DNA from: Lytechinus pictus
Taxonomy: Eukaryota
Assembly: GCF_037042905.1 (NCBI RefSeq)
Contig: NC_087251.1
Coordinates: 39,186,001-39,250,000, forward strand
DNA: 64,000 nt
Direction of reading: 5' to 3'
The notes under the pieces are model-generated. The model made no database searches and was not told the origin of the DNA. It saw only the letters and a program-made list of their open reading frames with translations. Positions 1 through 12,800 of this stretch are shown here, one piece after another (within the stretch, counting starts at the first letter, position 1; each line of letters opens with the position of its first letter). Made by a program: the position numbers and the translations under genes.

Positions 1-24
1 TTCTGTGACATGATGTCTGCATAC
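1..24 (-). CDS. CDC42BPA: MRCK exon 14, 5' part only (RYADIMSQK...)
   Basis: ttttcccttgcag| acceptor at 25-26; phase 2 matches exon 13; truncated by the window edge. Confidence 0.8.
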
Positions 25-230
25 CTGCAAGGGAAAAGGAAATAAAGTGTGAAAAAATAATGAAAAGCTGAAAATAGAACTGCAAAGCAACATGGTTAGC
101 CAAAAAATTGATCAATATTCAAAAGTCTTGTGCAGATCATCAATCATCAACATTTTTCATCTAAACAGCTGTTAGATCCAACAGCTTTCCTTGATTTTAT
201 TTGGCATCTACGTAAGAAGATCACCCTTAA

Positions 231-549
231 AGGACAAGTCCATTCCAACAAAAAATTGAGTTGAATAATAAGAGAAAAATCCAACAAGAATAACACTGAA
301 AATTTCATCATAATAGGATGTAAAATAAGAGAGTTATGATATTTTTAAGTTTTGCCTAATTTCACAGAACAGTTATATTCACATCCTGGTCAGCATGCAA
401 ACGAGGGGACTGATGACATCACTCACTCACTATTTCTTTTGTATTTTATTACATGAAATATGAAAGATTTAAAATTTCTCACCATTGTCCTGTGAAACAA
501 AGTTTTATTCCTCCCTGAACATGTGATATTACTGTGATACTACCATTGT
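231..549. mobile_element. Truncated Kolobok-like foldback MITE, left arm (same family as 60818-61422)
   Basis: TTAA|AGGACAAGTCCA start; aligns by eye to the 60818 element; broken at an internal TTAA by the next element. Confidence 0.7.
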
Positions 550-553
550 TTAA

Positions 554-1135
554 CCCTAAAAAGACTGGGGGGGGGGGCTGATTCAGCCCCCCCCCCTCGA
601 CATTTTTCGCGATAAATCTGTAATGCGAAAAGCTGGCGCCGCGCCGTTCCATTACTTTTTTCTTTCAAGTCTTGCGCAACTTTTGAGACCAAATTTGCGA
701 CCCCCGGGTACGTGGTTCCGAAATTACGCAACATTTCGTAAGTACATGTCGACCCAAAATTGCTAAAAAACGTGAATTTGTGTACAAATCGAATGCAAAT
801 TGTGTTTTCAGCCAAAATTCATAAATGTATCATTATTTTCAATTTTACTAATCAAACTAAATTAATTTCATCTAGTTTATGGTCAGAATAAAGTCACGGA
901 TGATTTTCATTGCAAAAACAATAAAAAACAAAAAGTAAAAAAACACAGAAATACATAAGAAATTTTTAAAACAATAAAATACATAAGAAAAAAATTGTGA
1001 TGTTGAATTTTTTTTCATGTACATTTGATTAGAATCCTACAAAGAGTCTATGAATAAAAAAAATAGCAGTTTAGAGGCCTTATTTAGTTAATTAGAGCAA
1101 ATCTTTGATTTTACGCATAAATTAATGAATTTTGA
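554..1135. mobile_element. piggyBac-like non-autonomous element, left part; right boundary approximate
   Basis: TTAA|CCCTAAAAAGACTGGG terminus, CpG-rich subterminal region. Confidence 0.55.
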
Positions 1136-1323
1136 AATTTTCCATAAAATCAAACTTTTGGAACGGCTAACCCCCAATTTTTCATCCAATCATATTTCAG
1201 TTCCGTACTTATCACGCCAAGACGATTTGAGAGCATTACAACCTTTCATATGAACAACAGGGAGAAGTCACTTTAGAAAGGCTCTGCATATAGAAGATCA
1301 GACTTACTGGAATCGCCCCCCTA

Positions 1324-1553
1324 CAGTGGTGCTAAAAAGTGAGTGAACCACATCAGAAAATGGACTCCTTCAAACCGAGTGATGAACATAAACAGCAACA
1401 CTACAATGTCCGGCGAGCCCAGAGAAACAAACTCTATTGAATGTAATATTCTATCACCTGACTTCACAATTAAATATCTAAAAGATGGCAGAATTTGTAC
1501 ACTTTTAAATATGTTCATTTTCTGGCGCGGTTCACTGACTTTTAGCACCACTG
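1324..1553. mobile_element. Tc1/mariner-type MITE
   Basis: TA TSD; ~26-bp TIRs CAGTGGTGCTAAAAAGTGAGTGAACC / GGTTCACTGACTTTTAGCACCACTG. Confidence 0.85.
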
Positions 1554-1640
1554 TAAAACCCGTTGATCGTTCCTTTTTTATTATTCAAATTTCAATCAAG
1601 TAGTGAACATGATACTTAGATGTCAATCATTATTGTTTAC

Positions 1641-1781
1641 CTTTCATTAATTTCTGTGAATTCCTGCATGGCAAGCTTTCCTTGTGATTTGGCTTCTTTC
1701 AATTCTTTATTTATTTGGCGATTTCTCTCATGAAATTCATCTAATTCTCTCTCCAGATTCTCCTTTTCCTGCTTTAATAAT
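1641..1781 (-). CDS. CDC42BPA: MRCK exon 13 (LLKQEKENLERELDEFHERNRQINKELKEAKSQGKLAMQEFTEINER), 141 nt
   Basis: ctttcacag| and |gtaaac; KELKEA..Q.KLAMQEF.EINER resembles the MRCK KELK-motif region. Confidence 0.92.
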
Positions 1782-2851
1782 CTGTGAAAGAAATAATGCA
1801 TAATTTGAGCACATTTTCAGAGGTGAAATATATCAGTTTTAAGGAAATCAAAGTAATATAAATGAATACAACAGGTACTGGTAAGGTTACATTAACTCAG
1901 TATCAGTTTAAGGGTCAAAATTTCTATCTATGTTTAATACATTTACCATATTTCAGCTAATGAAATCTCAAACATGAATAATATTAGTTGTCTATGATGG
2001 CGAGTGAAAGAGCAGAAATGGGTAATCTTTTCTTCATAGTAGGGAAGATAGAGAATATTGGATGGCCTTGAGTGGGATGCGTAAAAATATTGTTCTTCAG
2101 CGAGTAACAATATTTCTACGCATCCCACGAAATTTGGTTATCCAATATTATTATTCTTATTTAGAAACCCCCACAAAGCTAGACATAAATCGTTTACTCA
2201 GCATTTAATGTCAATCCTGTAAATCATGAGCATGGCGACTAAGTTTTTTTTTTTTTAAATCTCTGTAAAGTTGCGCTAGTGTATAGTGCAAGCGCATAAG
2301 AATTCAATAAATTGATGCAATCTCGCTCCTTTACCACACCTCCTGGCAACTAATACGCAATGCAATTTCATTGTGATGTAACAATAGCTTAATGCGCACA
2401 ATCATTTTATTAAACAATGATAATCTTGTGGGCGGGGCAAAATATTAATTTCGTCCAATATTTTCAATATTGGATGGTTTTCATAGGCATGCACGTTAAA
2501 AATAAAGTTTAATATTTTGTCTCCTCAAAACGACCTCGCAAGACGTCAAAAAATATCTGCGCCCCTAAAACCCTACATCTAAATAATAATAAAATATATC
2601 GTACAGAAAGTCAAGGTTACTGATATGCAAATTTCTGAGTGACCATTCTGTAGATTAGCACCTTTATTACAGGGAAACATTTAGTAAGGGTCGTCATTGA
2701 CAAGTTGATGGCATATGACAATATGAATGAACTATGAGATCCTTGGGTTTTGATTGGTTTAGAAGCAGTGTTATTGCATTTGCATGTCATGGGGAAGAAG
2801 GGTGGGGCTGGATATCGCTATCACATATAAATATTTGTTTTTTGCTCTTAC

Positions 2852-2966
2852 TTGGCAGATCTTTCTAATGTCTTGATTTTACTTGACTTCTCGTCTTCTG
2901 CACTCTGCATCTCTTTGGCCATGGCTTGGTAGCTGTCTCTTACATTCTTACTCTCTAATTCAGAGG
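2852..2966 (-). CDS. CDC42BPA: MRCK exon 12 (ASELESKNVRDSYQAMAKEMQ...KIKTLERSAK), 115 nt
   Basis: tttttgtgtag| and |gtaaga; phase 1 to 2; coiled coil. Confidence 0.88.
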
Positions 2967-3442
2967 CTACACAAAAAAAAAATGAAACAAATTAATGTTG
3001 CTATTATCAAACATGAATAAATAATCACAGTAAACACTTGATTTTCTATTTTGTTTCCCTACTGTTCAGTTTCTTTTTTAATTAGAAAAAAATAAACTTG
3101 CAATTTATCTAAGTTTATGGCTCATCTCCTTAGGAAAGTCTTCATTGTCTTTCCTGTCATGCTAAAAAATATATACAATAACAAGAAATGGAAGGAGTAG
3201 TCGTATTGGATGAGATTCAGGAAAAATAATAATCAAATTGAGATGGTGATGAAAAAGAAGAAAGGGGAGGGAACGAGTAATACAGCACAATATGACCTGG
3301 AATAATTGATGTTTGGAAGTGAAAAGAATATGATATTTAGATAGTCTCAAGCAAATACAGCTAATTCACCAGACAATCATATACCAAATTCATTCTCCAT
3401 TAATGACCATAAATAACAAGGGACATAAATGCTGTCCATACA

Positions 3443-3767
3443 CCCGAAAAGGACGGGGGGGGGCATGATGACTACCCCTCAACGCTTCGTGTGATATTTC
3501 CGAAATGCAAAAAGATAGTGCCGCAAAATTTGGTGTTAAATATGCAAATGTTTTTCATGAATAAAATTGCATATTTTATTCTAATAAAAAATAATTATTT
3601 TCAGAATTTTTGTCTTTATACTAGCTTGTAGTTTATGTGGTAAAGAATGTGCGTGCCAAATTTTGGCGCGATCGCGAGAACATGTGGCCGAGATCAGAAG
3701 GGGGGCCATACCCCGGCCCCCCTCCCCCCATCCTCAATACATCTCAAATAGCCCAGTCCTTTTAAGG
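3443..3767. mobile_element. Degenerate piggyBac-like MITE related to the 554 element
   Basis: Left end CCCGAAAAGGACGGGG resembles the 554 terminus; right end CCCAGTCCTTTTAAGG|TTAA. Confidence 0.55.
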
Positions 3768-3849
3768 TTAATCAAAATTTCCATCAACAATTTTAATTCA
3801 AGGTTAGGTTTTAATTATGAAGGACATAGATGACTGGTGGTATACATAC

Positions 3850-3933
3850 CTGCTATTCTAGATTTAAATGACTTGATTTCTTCTTGTAATCTTCTAACTT
3901 CATCATTCTCCCCTCCTCCACTGCTTTTTAATT
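3850..3933 (-). CDS. CDC42BPA: MRCK exon 11 (ELKSSGGGENDEVRRLQEEIKSFKSRIA), 84 nt
   Basis: ttcacag| and |gtatgt; heptad pattern; phase 1 to 1. Confidence 0.88.
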
Positions 3934-4369
3934 CTGTGAATAGATATTTTCAAAAAAAGATGAATATTGCAAACAAGGAAATTACATTAATATCCTTTTT
4001 TTTTACAAAAATTGAAAAGTTATTTTCTGCTTTAGAAATAAAAGATGCCACATAATATTCAATATTTCCCCCCTGAAATGAAAGAAATACAATGCTTAAC
4101 TAAACCAAAGACCACTAAAGTAACTGATGCCTTATATCAATTGGCCTTGATTACCCTTTCATTTGGCTTAGATGTTTTTGTGCACTTCGTAAATGTTACC
4201 ATTTGAGCCATAGTGTATTTATGTGCTCTAGTTCTAAAAATATTGAAATTAAGATGCTGGGTGTAAGCATTAAATATTAAGGTAAACAAATAAATAATAA
4301 AAAATACTAAAATTTAGTAGATGCCAAACAAATTCAATAAACCAATTCATTTTAAAACAAAATAATTAC

Positions 4370-4518
4370 CTGATAACCTATTAGTGAGTTCAGTTTTCTC
4401 AGTCTCTAGTTTGTTGATCCGTCTTTCCAGGCTCTCTACCTGGGCACTATCAACACCTTCCTTACCGCTGGATATCACCTCCTTCACATCCGCTAGTACT
4501 CCCAGATCAGAGAGATTG
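4370..4518 (-). CDS. CDC42BPA: MRCK exon 10 (SNLSDLG...LERRINKLETEKTELTNRLS), 149 nt
   Basis: cggcag| and |gtaatt; phases fit; start of coiled coil. Confidence 0.9.
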
Positions 4519-4963
4519 CTGCCGAATGATAGGAAGTTAAAAACATGATGTTCAAATAATGCAGTCTTGGGAAAGGGGTCAAACCTTTATGTAACAAGTT
4601 TGTCCAAACAATTCAAAGGTTGGAGATTTATTGTACACTCATCTCTTCTGGGAGTGTGTGACCTAGGATAGGGAGATGATTGCCTGTGATGGCATCTAAA
4701 GAGCTAAGGATGGACGCCACAGAATCGTGTATTTGACAGCAAACAAACAACCAAAGGACCTCTTGTACATCCTATCCATGTGGCAAAGACTTTACATTAG
4801 AGGGATATAGCCATTCCTCATCTGCATATTATGATTCACCTATTTCTGGAGAAAGTATAAAATTGGAAGGTTAGATGATTGCTTTTGGAAGGCAGCTAAT
4901 TATCAAGGCCTAGATACCACCAAATCATGTATTAACCAGTAGACAAGCAATCAAAGGACCTAT

Positions 4964-5325
4964 AGGCGGTGCTGCAACAGCCCGATCAGCCTTATTCGTG
5001 ATTAAGCTTGAGATTCAAGAAACCTCATCTCCACCAGCGCAAGAAGAGGAATTGCTGCTCGAACGAGGCATCGATGCATTATGGTCCGACGCCATGAATA
5101 AATAATCCTGAGTCGAATCTCGGGTGCGTCTGCACCTGCGAATTAGCGGGATAATACAAAAATAGCGCGCTATTTTGCAAATAATCCTAAGTTGACTTAG
5201 GATTGCAATCTCGAGATTAATCCAGCGATTTATCGCGATGATTGTGTCTCCATGCAGATTGGGATAATTTGCCGGATCAGAAATAGCGCGATTATTTAAA
5301 TACTTGGGCTGGTGCAGACAGCCCT
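4964..5325. mobile_element. PIF/Harbinger-type MITE inserted in the exon-9 repeat array; shortened relative of 32772-33647 in opposite orientation
   Basis: TAT TSD; termini AGGCGGTGCTGCA / TGCAGACAGCCCT; shared internal AATAGCGCG and ATCTCGAGAT motifs. Confidence 0.85.
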
Positions 5326-5839
5326 TATTCTACATCACATCCACAGGGCAAGGATTAGATATTTGATGATAGCCATTCCTCATCAAAATTCACCTCAATC
5401 TAGTAAAGGTATAACATAGGAATAGACAATGATTGGATTTGAATGCAGCTTATGAGTTAGGGCAAGACACAATCAAATAATGCATTTGTCAGTAAATAAG
5501 CAGAAATCGAAACAGGGAAATAGGGAAAAAAGTCATTCCTCGTGAGCATCTGATGACTAACCTATTTTTGGTGAAGGTATAACCTAGGAAGGGTAGACGA
5601 CTGCCTGTGATTGCATCTAAAGGGATCGGGATAGACACCACCAAATTATCTACATGTTTTTGCAAGTAAACAAGCATACAAAGGACCTTCTTTCCATCGC
5701 ATCCATAAAGCTAGGACCGGATAACTGTGGAAAAATGCTATTTTTCATCAGCACCTGATGACTCACAATTTCTAGTGAAGGTATAACCTAGGTAAGGTAG
5801 GTGATTGCATGTGATAGCAGCTAAAGGGCAAGGACTAAT

Positions 5840-6057
5840 GGGGTGTTGCAAGAAACTTGCAATCAATTGCAAGTCTATTTTTGGTCTCTAAATCAATCAT
5901 AAGTCTTGCAGTTCATTGCAAATTAGTGATTGATTGCTAATCTGCTCCTTGAAACAAGAAGTTCAATCTGATTTGCTATAACTAACGTTGATCTATCAGT
6001 TGTAAAATTGCAACAGAATATTTGCAATTGATCGCAAATATTTTCTTGCAACACCCC
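5840..6057. mobile_element. MITE inserted in the exon-9 repeat array
   Basis: TIRs GGGGTGTTGCAAGAAA / TTTCTTGCAACACCCC; interrupts a repeat unit. Confidence 0.8.
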
Positions 6058-6345
6058 CAAAGACATCACCAATCATTTACTTTTCAGTGAACAATAATAG
6101 GACCTAGTTTACATCTCATCCATAGGACTATATAATTTCATAGGACTACATAATATCATAATTGAGAAAGAATGCTGATCTTTGTCAGCATCTGATGACT
6201 CAACCTAGGAAGGGAGCAAGTGACCAAAAGCTAGACACCACCAAATGATGCATTTATGAACAAGCTAACAAGCAACTCTAAAACATTCTAGATCACATCC
6301 ATAGAGCTAAGACTGGATAATTGAGAAAGAACGCTGATGACTCAC

Positions 6346-6508
6346 CTATTTCTGGTGAAGGTATAACCTAGAAAGGGTAGATGATTGCCTGTGAAAGCAG
6401 CGTGTGAGCTTGGAGGTAAGACTTCCGAGTTCCTAAGGTCGGCCTCATCAACATCAAAGTTGGATGTGTCTGTGGCACTCTTCACATCGGGGACATACGG
6501 AGGTTTCA
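6346..6508 (-). CDS. CDC42BPA: MRCK exon 9, AGC C-terminal tail ([19 protein letters not shown]...[12 protein letters not shown]), 163 nt, phase 1 to 2
   Basis: cccacag| and |gtgagt; PPYVP, DTSNFD and hydrophobic motif FLGYTF. Confidence 0.95.
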
Positions 6509-7066
6509 CTGTGGGAGAAGAAGTTATACATTTATGCAAGATGAACACATACAAAAAATGATCTAATACATTTACATTAATATGTTGATACTTTGGCTAA
6601 ATGTTGGAATATGAGAGACATTTTGGATCATGCCATAAATATATAGCTGAAGCAGAAATCTGCACTCTTTGAGAAGTAGTCATCATCATCATCAAAATAA
6701 AGGCATCTAATCGCTTCATGCCAGCATTATGAATAAATTTGCAAGAAACAAGGATAGAATAGTCAAAAGCATGACTTACCTAAGAAAATATTTTCAGTAC
6801 CGGTACGTGATAACTTACTTTTCAAATTAAATTCTATTTAGGTCTAAATTTGTTTCCATAAACGCAGCAGAGACCGCGCCAGCGATCTGATTCTCGCATG
6901 TAGCATTTTTGTTTGCGATTAATGCGACTGCTCTCTATAGACAGCTAATTGCCAATCTCAGGCAGCTAGGGATGAATTATGAGATGATAATTGTGACAAT
7001 AATGATATACGATTGTGACAATGAATTGCTTTTAGATTTTTAGACATTTAGTAAATAAGCACTTAC

Positions 7067-7241
7067 TATTCCTGATATTTTCCCAATCAATGCCGTTGAA
7101 GAACGGATGGTCCTTGAAGTCCTTTAGCCCGTTGCGCCCTAATCGTACTTCTGCTGAACAAATGAGACTGCATATTAAATCCTTGGCATCCTCTGAAATA
7201 GCGACTTCATCTTCCGTTTCAGGAGGGAAGTCAAATTGATT
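7067..7241 (-). CDS. CDC42BPA: MRCK exon 8 ([23 protein letters not shown]...[14 protein letters not shown]), 175 nt, phase 1 out
   Basis: ctctttcag| and |gtaagt; end of kinase C-lobe. Confidence 0.95.
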
Positions 7242-7990
7242 CTGAAAGAGAAAAAAGGAAACAGAAATAAATGAAAAGAAGAGTTTATTTTAAATTTATA
7301 TCATGTTTCATAGGGCCATCATATATTTGTTGCTTTTTTTTTCATAAATTACAGACATGAGACATTGATTCTAAAAGAGAAATTAATTTGAGAAAAGAGT
7401 TCATTGCAATTGTTCAATTCACATTATATTTTGGAGGGCCATCCTTTCAGTCAATTTTTTTTCAAAACTAGTAATCAAATTAAATATTTTTTTCAAGAAA
7501 GACTGTACCTGTAGTGGTGTACTGTTGAGTTGAGATGAGTTTCTAGATTTACTTGAAAATCAACATAATACACACAAAAAATGTGAAAAGATGCACCAGC
7601 TACCACTGTAGTTTCTTACAACGGAGAACATAAATATTACTCAGAACAGCGGTCAATTTTGCTGATGAATTAGAAATAATCATTTTATATGCAATATCTA
7701 TTTCCTTTTTAACAGCATTATAATCATGTGCTTCCTTATCAGTTCTGCACATGATCCAATGGCACCGGACCAATCTTATCAGATTATACTTGTAGGGTGG
7801 AGGACCATTATGCGTAAACTGTACTTGACCACCCCCCCCCCCCTCCAATGCATTGTCTGAGCTGAACATTCCCCAGGTATGATCAAATCTGAAAAAAAAT
7901 ATGGCTTTTCAATACCAAATATTCAAACTAGGGAAATCATTGGTAAATGTCATAAGGACAACTCAAAAGGGATCCATCCAGTGGATTCAG

Positions 7991-8095
7991 GGGAGAGTTT
8001 CATGAAGCATCATGATTTGCTTTGAGCCAATCAAATACAAGTATTTTCGTAGCCTATAACAATAGTCAGTGAAATTCATTTCATGAAATGTTCCC
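7991..8095. mobile_element. Short Harbinger-like MITE carrying a CCAAT motif; relatives at ~15560-15697, ~15890-16030, ~31930-32063 and ~35114-35240
   Basis: GGGAG..TTTCATGAA / TTCATGAAATG.TCCC ends, CAG flanks, shared core GCCAATCA.ATGCA...GTAGCTTATAACA. Confidence 0.65.
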
Positions 8096-8119
8096 CAGAT
8101 GGAGATTCACAACACATCA

Positions 8120-8356
<237 letters not shown>

Positions 8357-9304
8357 TTAATGTCAACTGAAATTCAGTACTAACCTATTCTATAAATGAC
8401 TATTGATGAGACATTATTTTTGGAGTGAGGAAGTAGCAGTACAACATTCTTGGTGCATTATCATAAACCCTTCATAAATCCAGTAATCACCGAAATGCAC
8501 ATTCAGGCCTATGAAGTTATGTGATAGAATAATTCAGATTTTCTGAATATGGGCCATGGTCTTTGAAATAATTAGTTACTATAATTAATTTCAAATAGCT
8601 AATATCCTTGAAATCAACAGCATTTAAATGTTCTGTTATAAATTTTCCTCCTATTTTCTATTCTCGTACAACAAACAATACAATGCTCGAATAATTTGTG
8701 ATACCAAAGAGTCATATTAGAAGAGGATAATAATAACGCTAATGTCACTAAAAACTGGAAGAGACAACATAATTACAGAGAAGGGTTTTCTTGTCATATG
8801 TATTTGAGTTCAAAGGATGATCTAACAATTTCTCACCAGACAACCACCCACACATGAAAGATATGTGCTCAGCTGTGTTACAAGCTTTCGAAAGGTTACA
8901 TTATAATGTTCTTCCATCAAACAGAAGAACCAATACAACTGACAGCATCACCAGTTCTCACTAGTTCACACAATGCTAAATGTTCAAGACAGTGGCTCAA
9001 TAATAGGAACTGAATTCACACAAAACATTAGTTCAACAGTATATTCCTCTCCCAAGTTCTGTTTCAAAAATATAAATACTGGACGTCATACTCAAGTATA
9101 TTGGTAGGATTTTACATCATTTTCCCCTCCCAATTATAAAAAAAAAAAACTAATTGACTATCATACTTAAAAATATTAGTAGGAAGTTATACATCATTTT
9201 ACCCTTCCCATTTTCAATGAACAAATTAAAACAAACTAACAGAACATGATACAAAAACAAATTCAGTAGGAAGTTTACACATCAACACCCCCCCCCCCCC
9301 ATTA

Positions 9305-9887
9305 GGGGTACTCCGGGCTGAAAATATTTATATCTAAATATATAGAGTAAAATTCATAGAGCAAAATGCTGAAAATTTCGTCAAAATTGGATAACAAATA
9401 ACAAAATTATTGAATTTTAAAGTTTAGTAATATTTTGTGAAAATAGTTATATGCACGTCATCATGAATATTCATTAGATAAGCTGATGATGTCACATCCC
9501 CACTTTCCTTTTTTCTAATGTTATTACATGAAATCATTTTTTTTGTATTCTTTCATACATGTGTGAATAATATATCTCCTTGAAAATGAAATAAGTCACA
9601 GCAATGAATGTCTACTGCACTAAATCAGTTGTCAATGCATTTTTTAAGTTCTTGGTAGAAAAAATTGAAAAAAACCTAATTTCATATAATACAATACAAA
9701 AGAACAAGTGGGGATATGACATCATTAATTTGCTCATTGAATATTCATGAAGACATGCCAAGAACTATTTCACCAGAATAATGCAAATCTTTAAAATGCC
9801 ATAACTTGTTATTCCTTGTCCGATTTTGATCAAATTTTCAGTGTTTTGTCTGTTTAAATCATATAATTGTCAGCCCGGAGCATCCCT
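9305..9887. mobile_element. Kolobok-like foldback MITE; partial relative at ~52314-52750
   Basis: Ends GGGGTACTCCGGGCTGA / TCAGCCCGGAGCATCCCT|TTAA; long imperfect inverted arms. Confidence 0.7.
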
Positions 9888-12800
9888 TTAATGCGAGGAA
9901 TAACTGACCGTGAGTGGGTGAGCGGACAGAGTCTGAACATGCATTCACTGTGGATTTAATTAGGTTTGAGAGCCCAGACGCACAGTTACTATAAATACCA
10001 TAATGAAGATTTACATTCTACAATGTACTTATCTATTTATAGATCTCTTGACACGGATTATTTACTACACAGCCAAACTCCAGGTGAAGGAATTAATTAA
10101 ATGAACTGCGTAATGCGTATACCATCATAAATCACAAGTAGCCTTCTGAAACGATTATGCAATATCAATCAAAGATGTCGCAGTTACACTTCGATTCTAT
10201 AATCAGGATTCATGCACATAAATTTGTAAAAAAGGTCTACTAATGATCTGCAATAATATGTAAAAGCCTTTAAGTCCACATATAGCTTGGTAAAGGGTTT
10301 AATAATAATGTGAATTACCGACCTCAGTATAGGCCTATATGTAGTAATCTAATATTGCAATTGTATAAAAGTGCACTTGGAATTTTTTCAGCAACTGAAT
10401 TTTTTTGGTAAAAATTTGATCATATTATTTATATCTTTTTTATCTAGCACCATCTATCAGCACTGTGTTCACTTTTACAAAAAAATATCTTTTAACCACT
10501 GATCTTTATAAATTTAGTAATAAAAAAAAGAAGTTATAAAGACATATCCTGAAATTTTCATCCTATTCCACACATGAGAAAAAGATTTATATAAAAAAAA
10601 TATGGATATTTTCATTTTTGATCAGGTACCCAATCAAACAAGATGTTCCTGTAAATTTTAATTGACATTCACTTTAAAATCATTCTTTTTCATACCATCC
10701 ACATCAAAACAGTTTCGGGGCATACAAGTTCGTATAATGGAGTAATGAACTAGAAAAGTAACAGGCACTTTCGGGGGAAGTCTTTTAAACTGCATTTACT
10801 GCATGATGAGAAAATGAATTATTAAAGGATTTTCCCCCAAACTTGGCAGCCTCTGCATAATACCGTCTATACATCCCCATACATGTAAAATACACAGGGG
10901 ACCATATAACTTCCATCACTGAATCGCTGAGATAAATTAGCAAATTTTCTGCCTGCTGTTCTCTTCTCCTTTGCATAAATTAGATTACTCAGAAATTCAT
11001 GTCTCCATATCAACATGTTTTTCAACCCCAAGTCTGTCTGCAGTATCACGTGTGGCCAATTCATTTCCAAATTAATATCCAAGACTTTGGTGCATGCATG
11101 TATGTATCAGAATGTTCAGCATTATACCTCAGAATAAAGTCCTCAAACGAGCTTTAAAGGGTTAATGCATTTCAAATTAGATTCCAAAATTGAATTAATA
11201 ACTCAAGGCTAGCTCATTTTCTATACAGCTTGTTGACTTGCAGTTATGTCAATTTGTTCAACAACAAAAATTGCAAAGCAAACCCATTAAACTCGCGATT
11301 TCATCTAGTTTTATTCGCCCATTCATTCTTTTCCGAGGAGCTCATTGCCGATACACTAGGGTTTTCCTCTGAATTAGGGTAATCAATAAATGGAGAAGAT
11401 TGTGCCGAGGAGACAGGGGTATCAGAGTTTTGTCGGGGATGGGTCAATAAAACATTCTGTCTACGGGTGAGTCACGCACTCAACTCATTCTCGGAGTGAT
11501 GAGAGAGACAGATACCAATGGAAGATGTGCAGCAGACTAGCAACCAGACTCTTGCTCACCATCTTTCCTCATCTATCATCTCATTTTGATGTATCATCTC
11601 CCCCATTTCTTTCTCTACTTTTAATATAAAATGTACAACTTCAAAGAAGCTCGATGTACATGTACTACATGTAAGACTTTTATTAAAGTGCCTTAGGGGT
11701 CTGAGTTAAAATATTGCAAATGATCATATACAGGAATATTAACATAAAAAAATGGACACTAGATCATTTCACCCCCCCCCCACACACACCTTTTTTTTAT
11801 TTTGTGAATAGAAGAGTACATGAAATTTATTAAATATTTAATTATAAACCAAGGGCATGAGTAATGAAAGGGTACTAGGCAGGGATGGTACTAGCAGTGT
11901 GTGATTTATTAAAGCATGGACCCTACCACAAGGGTCCATGATTAAAGTCAATTATATTTAGTTTGAGACAGATCTAGAATAAACTGTACACTAATGTGCA
12001 AGATATATCAGTAGATATCAATCTCCATACAACTAAAGCTTTGAATCAATTACACTTAATGATACGGGCACTTCCTTATTTTCACAGTTCTATTTTTTAC
12101 CTACACATGTATCTTTAAAAAAATCATAACAGTGATACCCATGTACTATACTCCACCTACAGTCCCAAACATTGTGTTTTTGCGAGGGTATGGGGGCAGA
12201 AATACCACAAGCCTGAATAAGAAGCTAAAAATGTGAGGAAGAATGGGACGGCAGGTAAAACGATACCAGGGCTGAGGAGACAGCTGGACAGACACAAGGA
12301 TGAGGAGGAGGAAGATGACGAAGATATTGGAGATGGGATGGGAAGATAACAAGAAGATGAGCTGCACATGCACTGGCTCCTAATGGTAGCACTCGCATTC
12401 CTGCATCAAATTTTGGCAGGCTTTTGTTTCTTAACTCATTGAGTGCTTCGTGCACGCTACGTATCCTACTATAACATGCCACACTCGTGCTCGCACGCCT
12501 ACTATTGATTGCTTTGTGCTTGCATTGTTTCCTACCCTCGCCTGCTTCGTGCATGACTGCGCACATTCGGAATTACAATCATTGTTACACCGTTTTGCAT
12601 TGTATTGCGCATTGCATGCACGCCGTAATTAGCACTATTGTGTGCAGTGCGAACTCTGCTTTCTGACAGATCAACTTACTCACGCGGTTTACATTCGACT
12701 TTTTCAAGTATTTCTACATTTTTTACAAGATATGGCTCCGCCTCCGAGAGGGAAGAGACCTAGGTTTTTTGATCCATACAAAACACTCCACAAAATGGAA

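Larger units (their letters stand above)
4640..6345 (-). repeat. Degenerate ~200-bp tandem array (about 6 copies) derived from the 3' 55 nt of exon 9, its donor and adjacent intron
   Basis: Recurring + strand motif CTATTTCTGGTGAAGGTATAACCTAGGAAGGGTAG at about 4643, 4840, 5394, 5562, 5767 and 6203 (partly deleted), plus shared spacer motifs (AGACACCACCAAAT, AAAGGACCT, CATCCATA). Confidence 0.9.

Noticed and set aside
554..3771. piggyBac-like ends at 554 and 3767 apparently enclosing exons 12-13 (exon capture)
   Set aside because: The right end has its own degenerate left end at ~3443, so these are two separate insertions; the exons are colinear MRCK exons
5489..5677. ORF containing [12 protein letters not shown] as a separate kinase gene
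   Set aside because: Only 55 nt are homologous; it is one unit of the exon-9-derived array
6776..6990. GTAAGT donors and a CpG patch in intron 8 as a possible extra exon
   Set aside because: No convincing acceptor or frame; exons 8 and 9 already join in frame; more likely a repeat remnant
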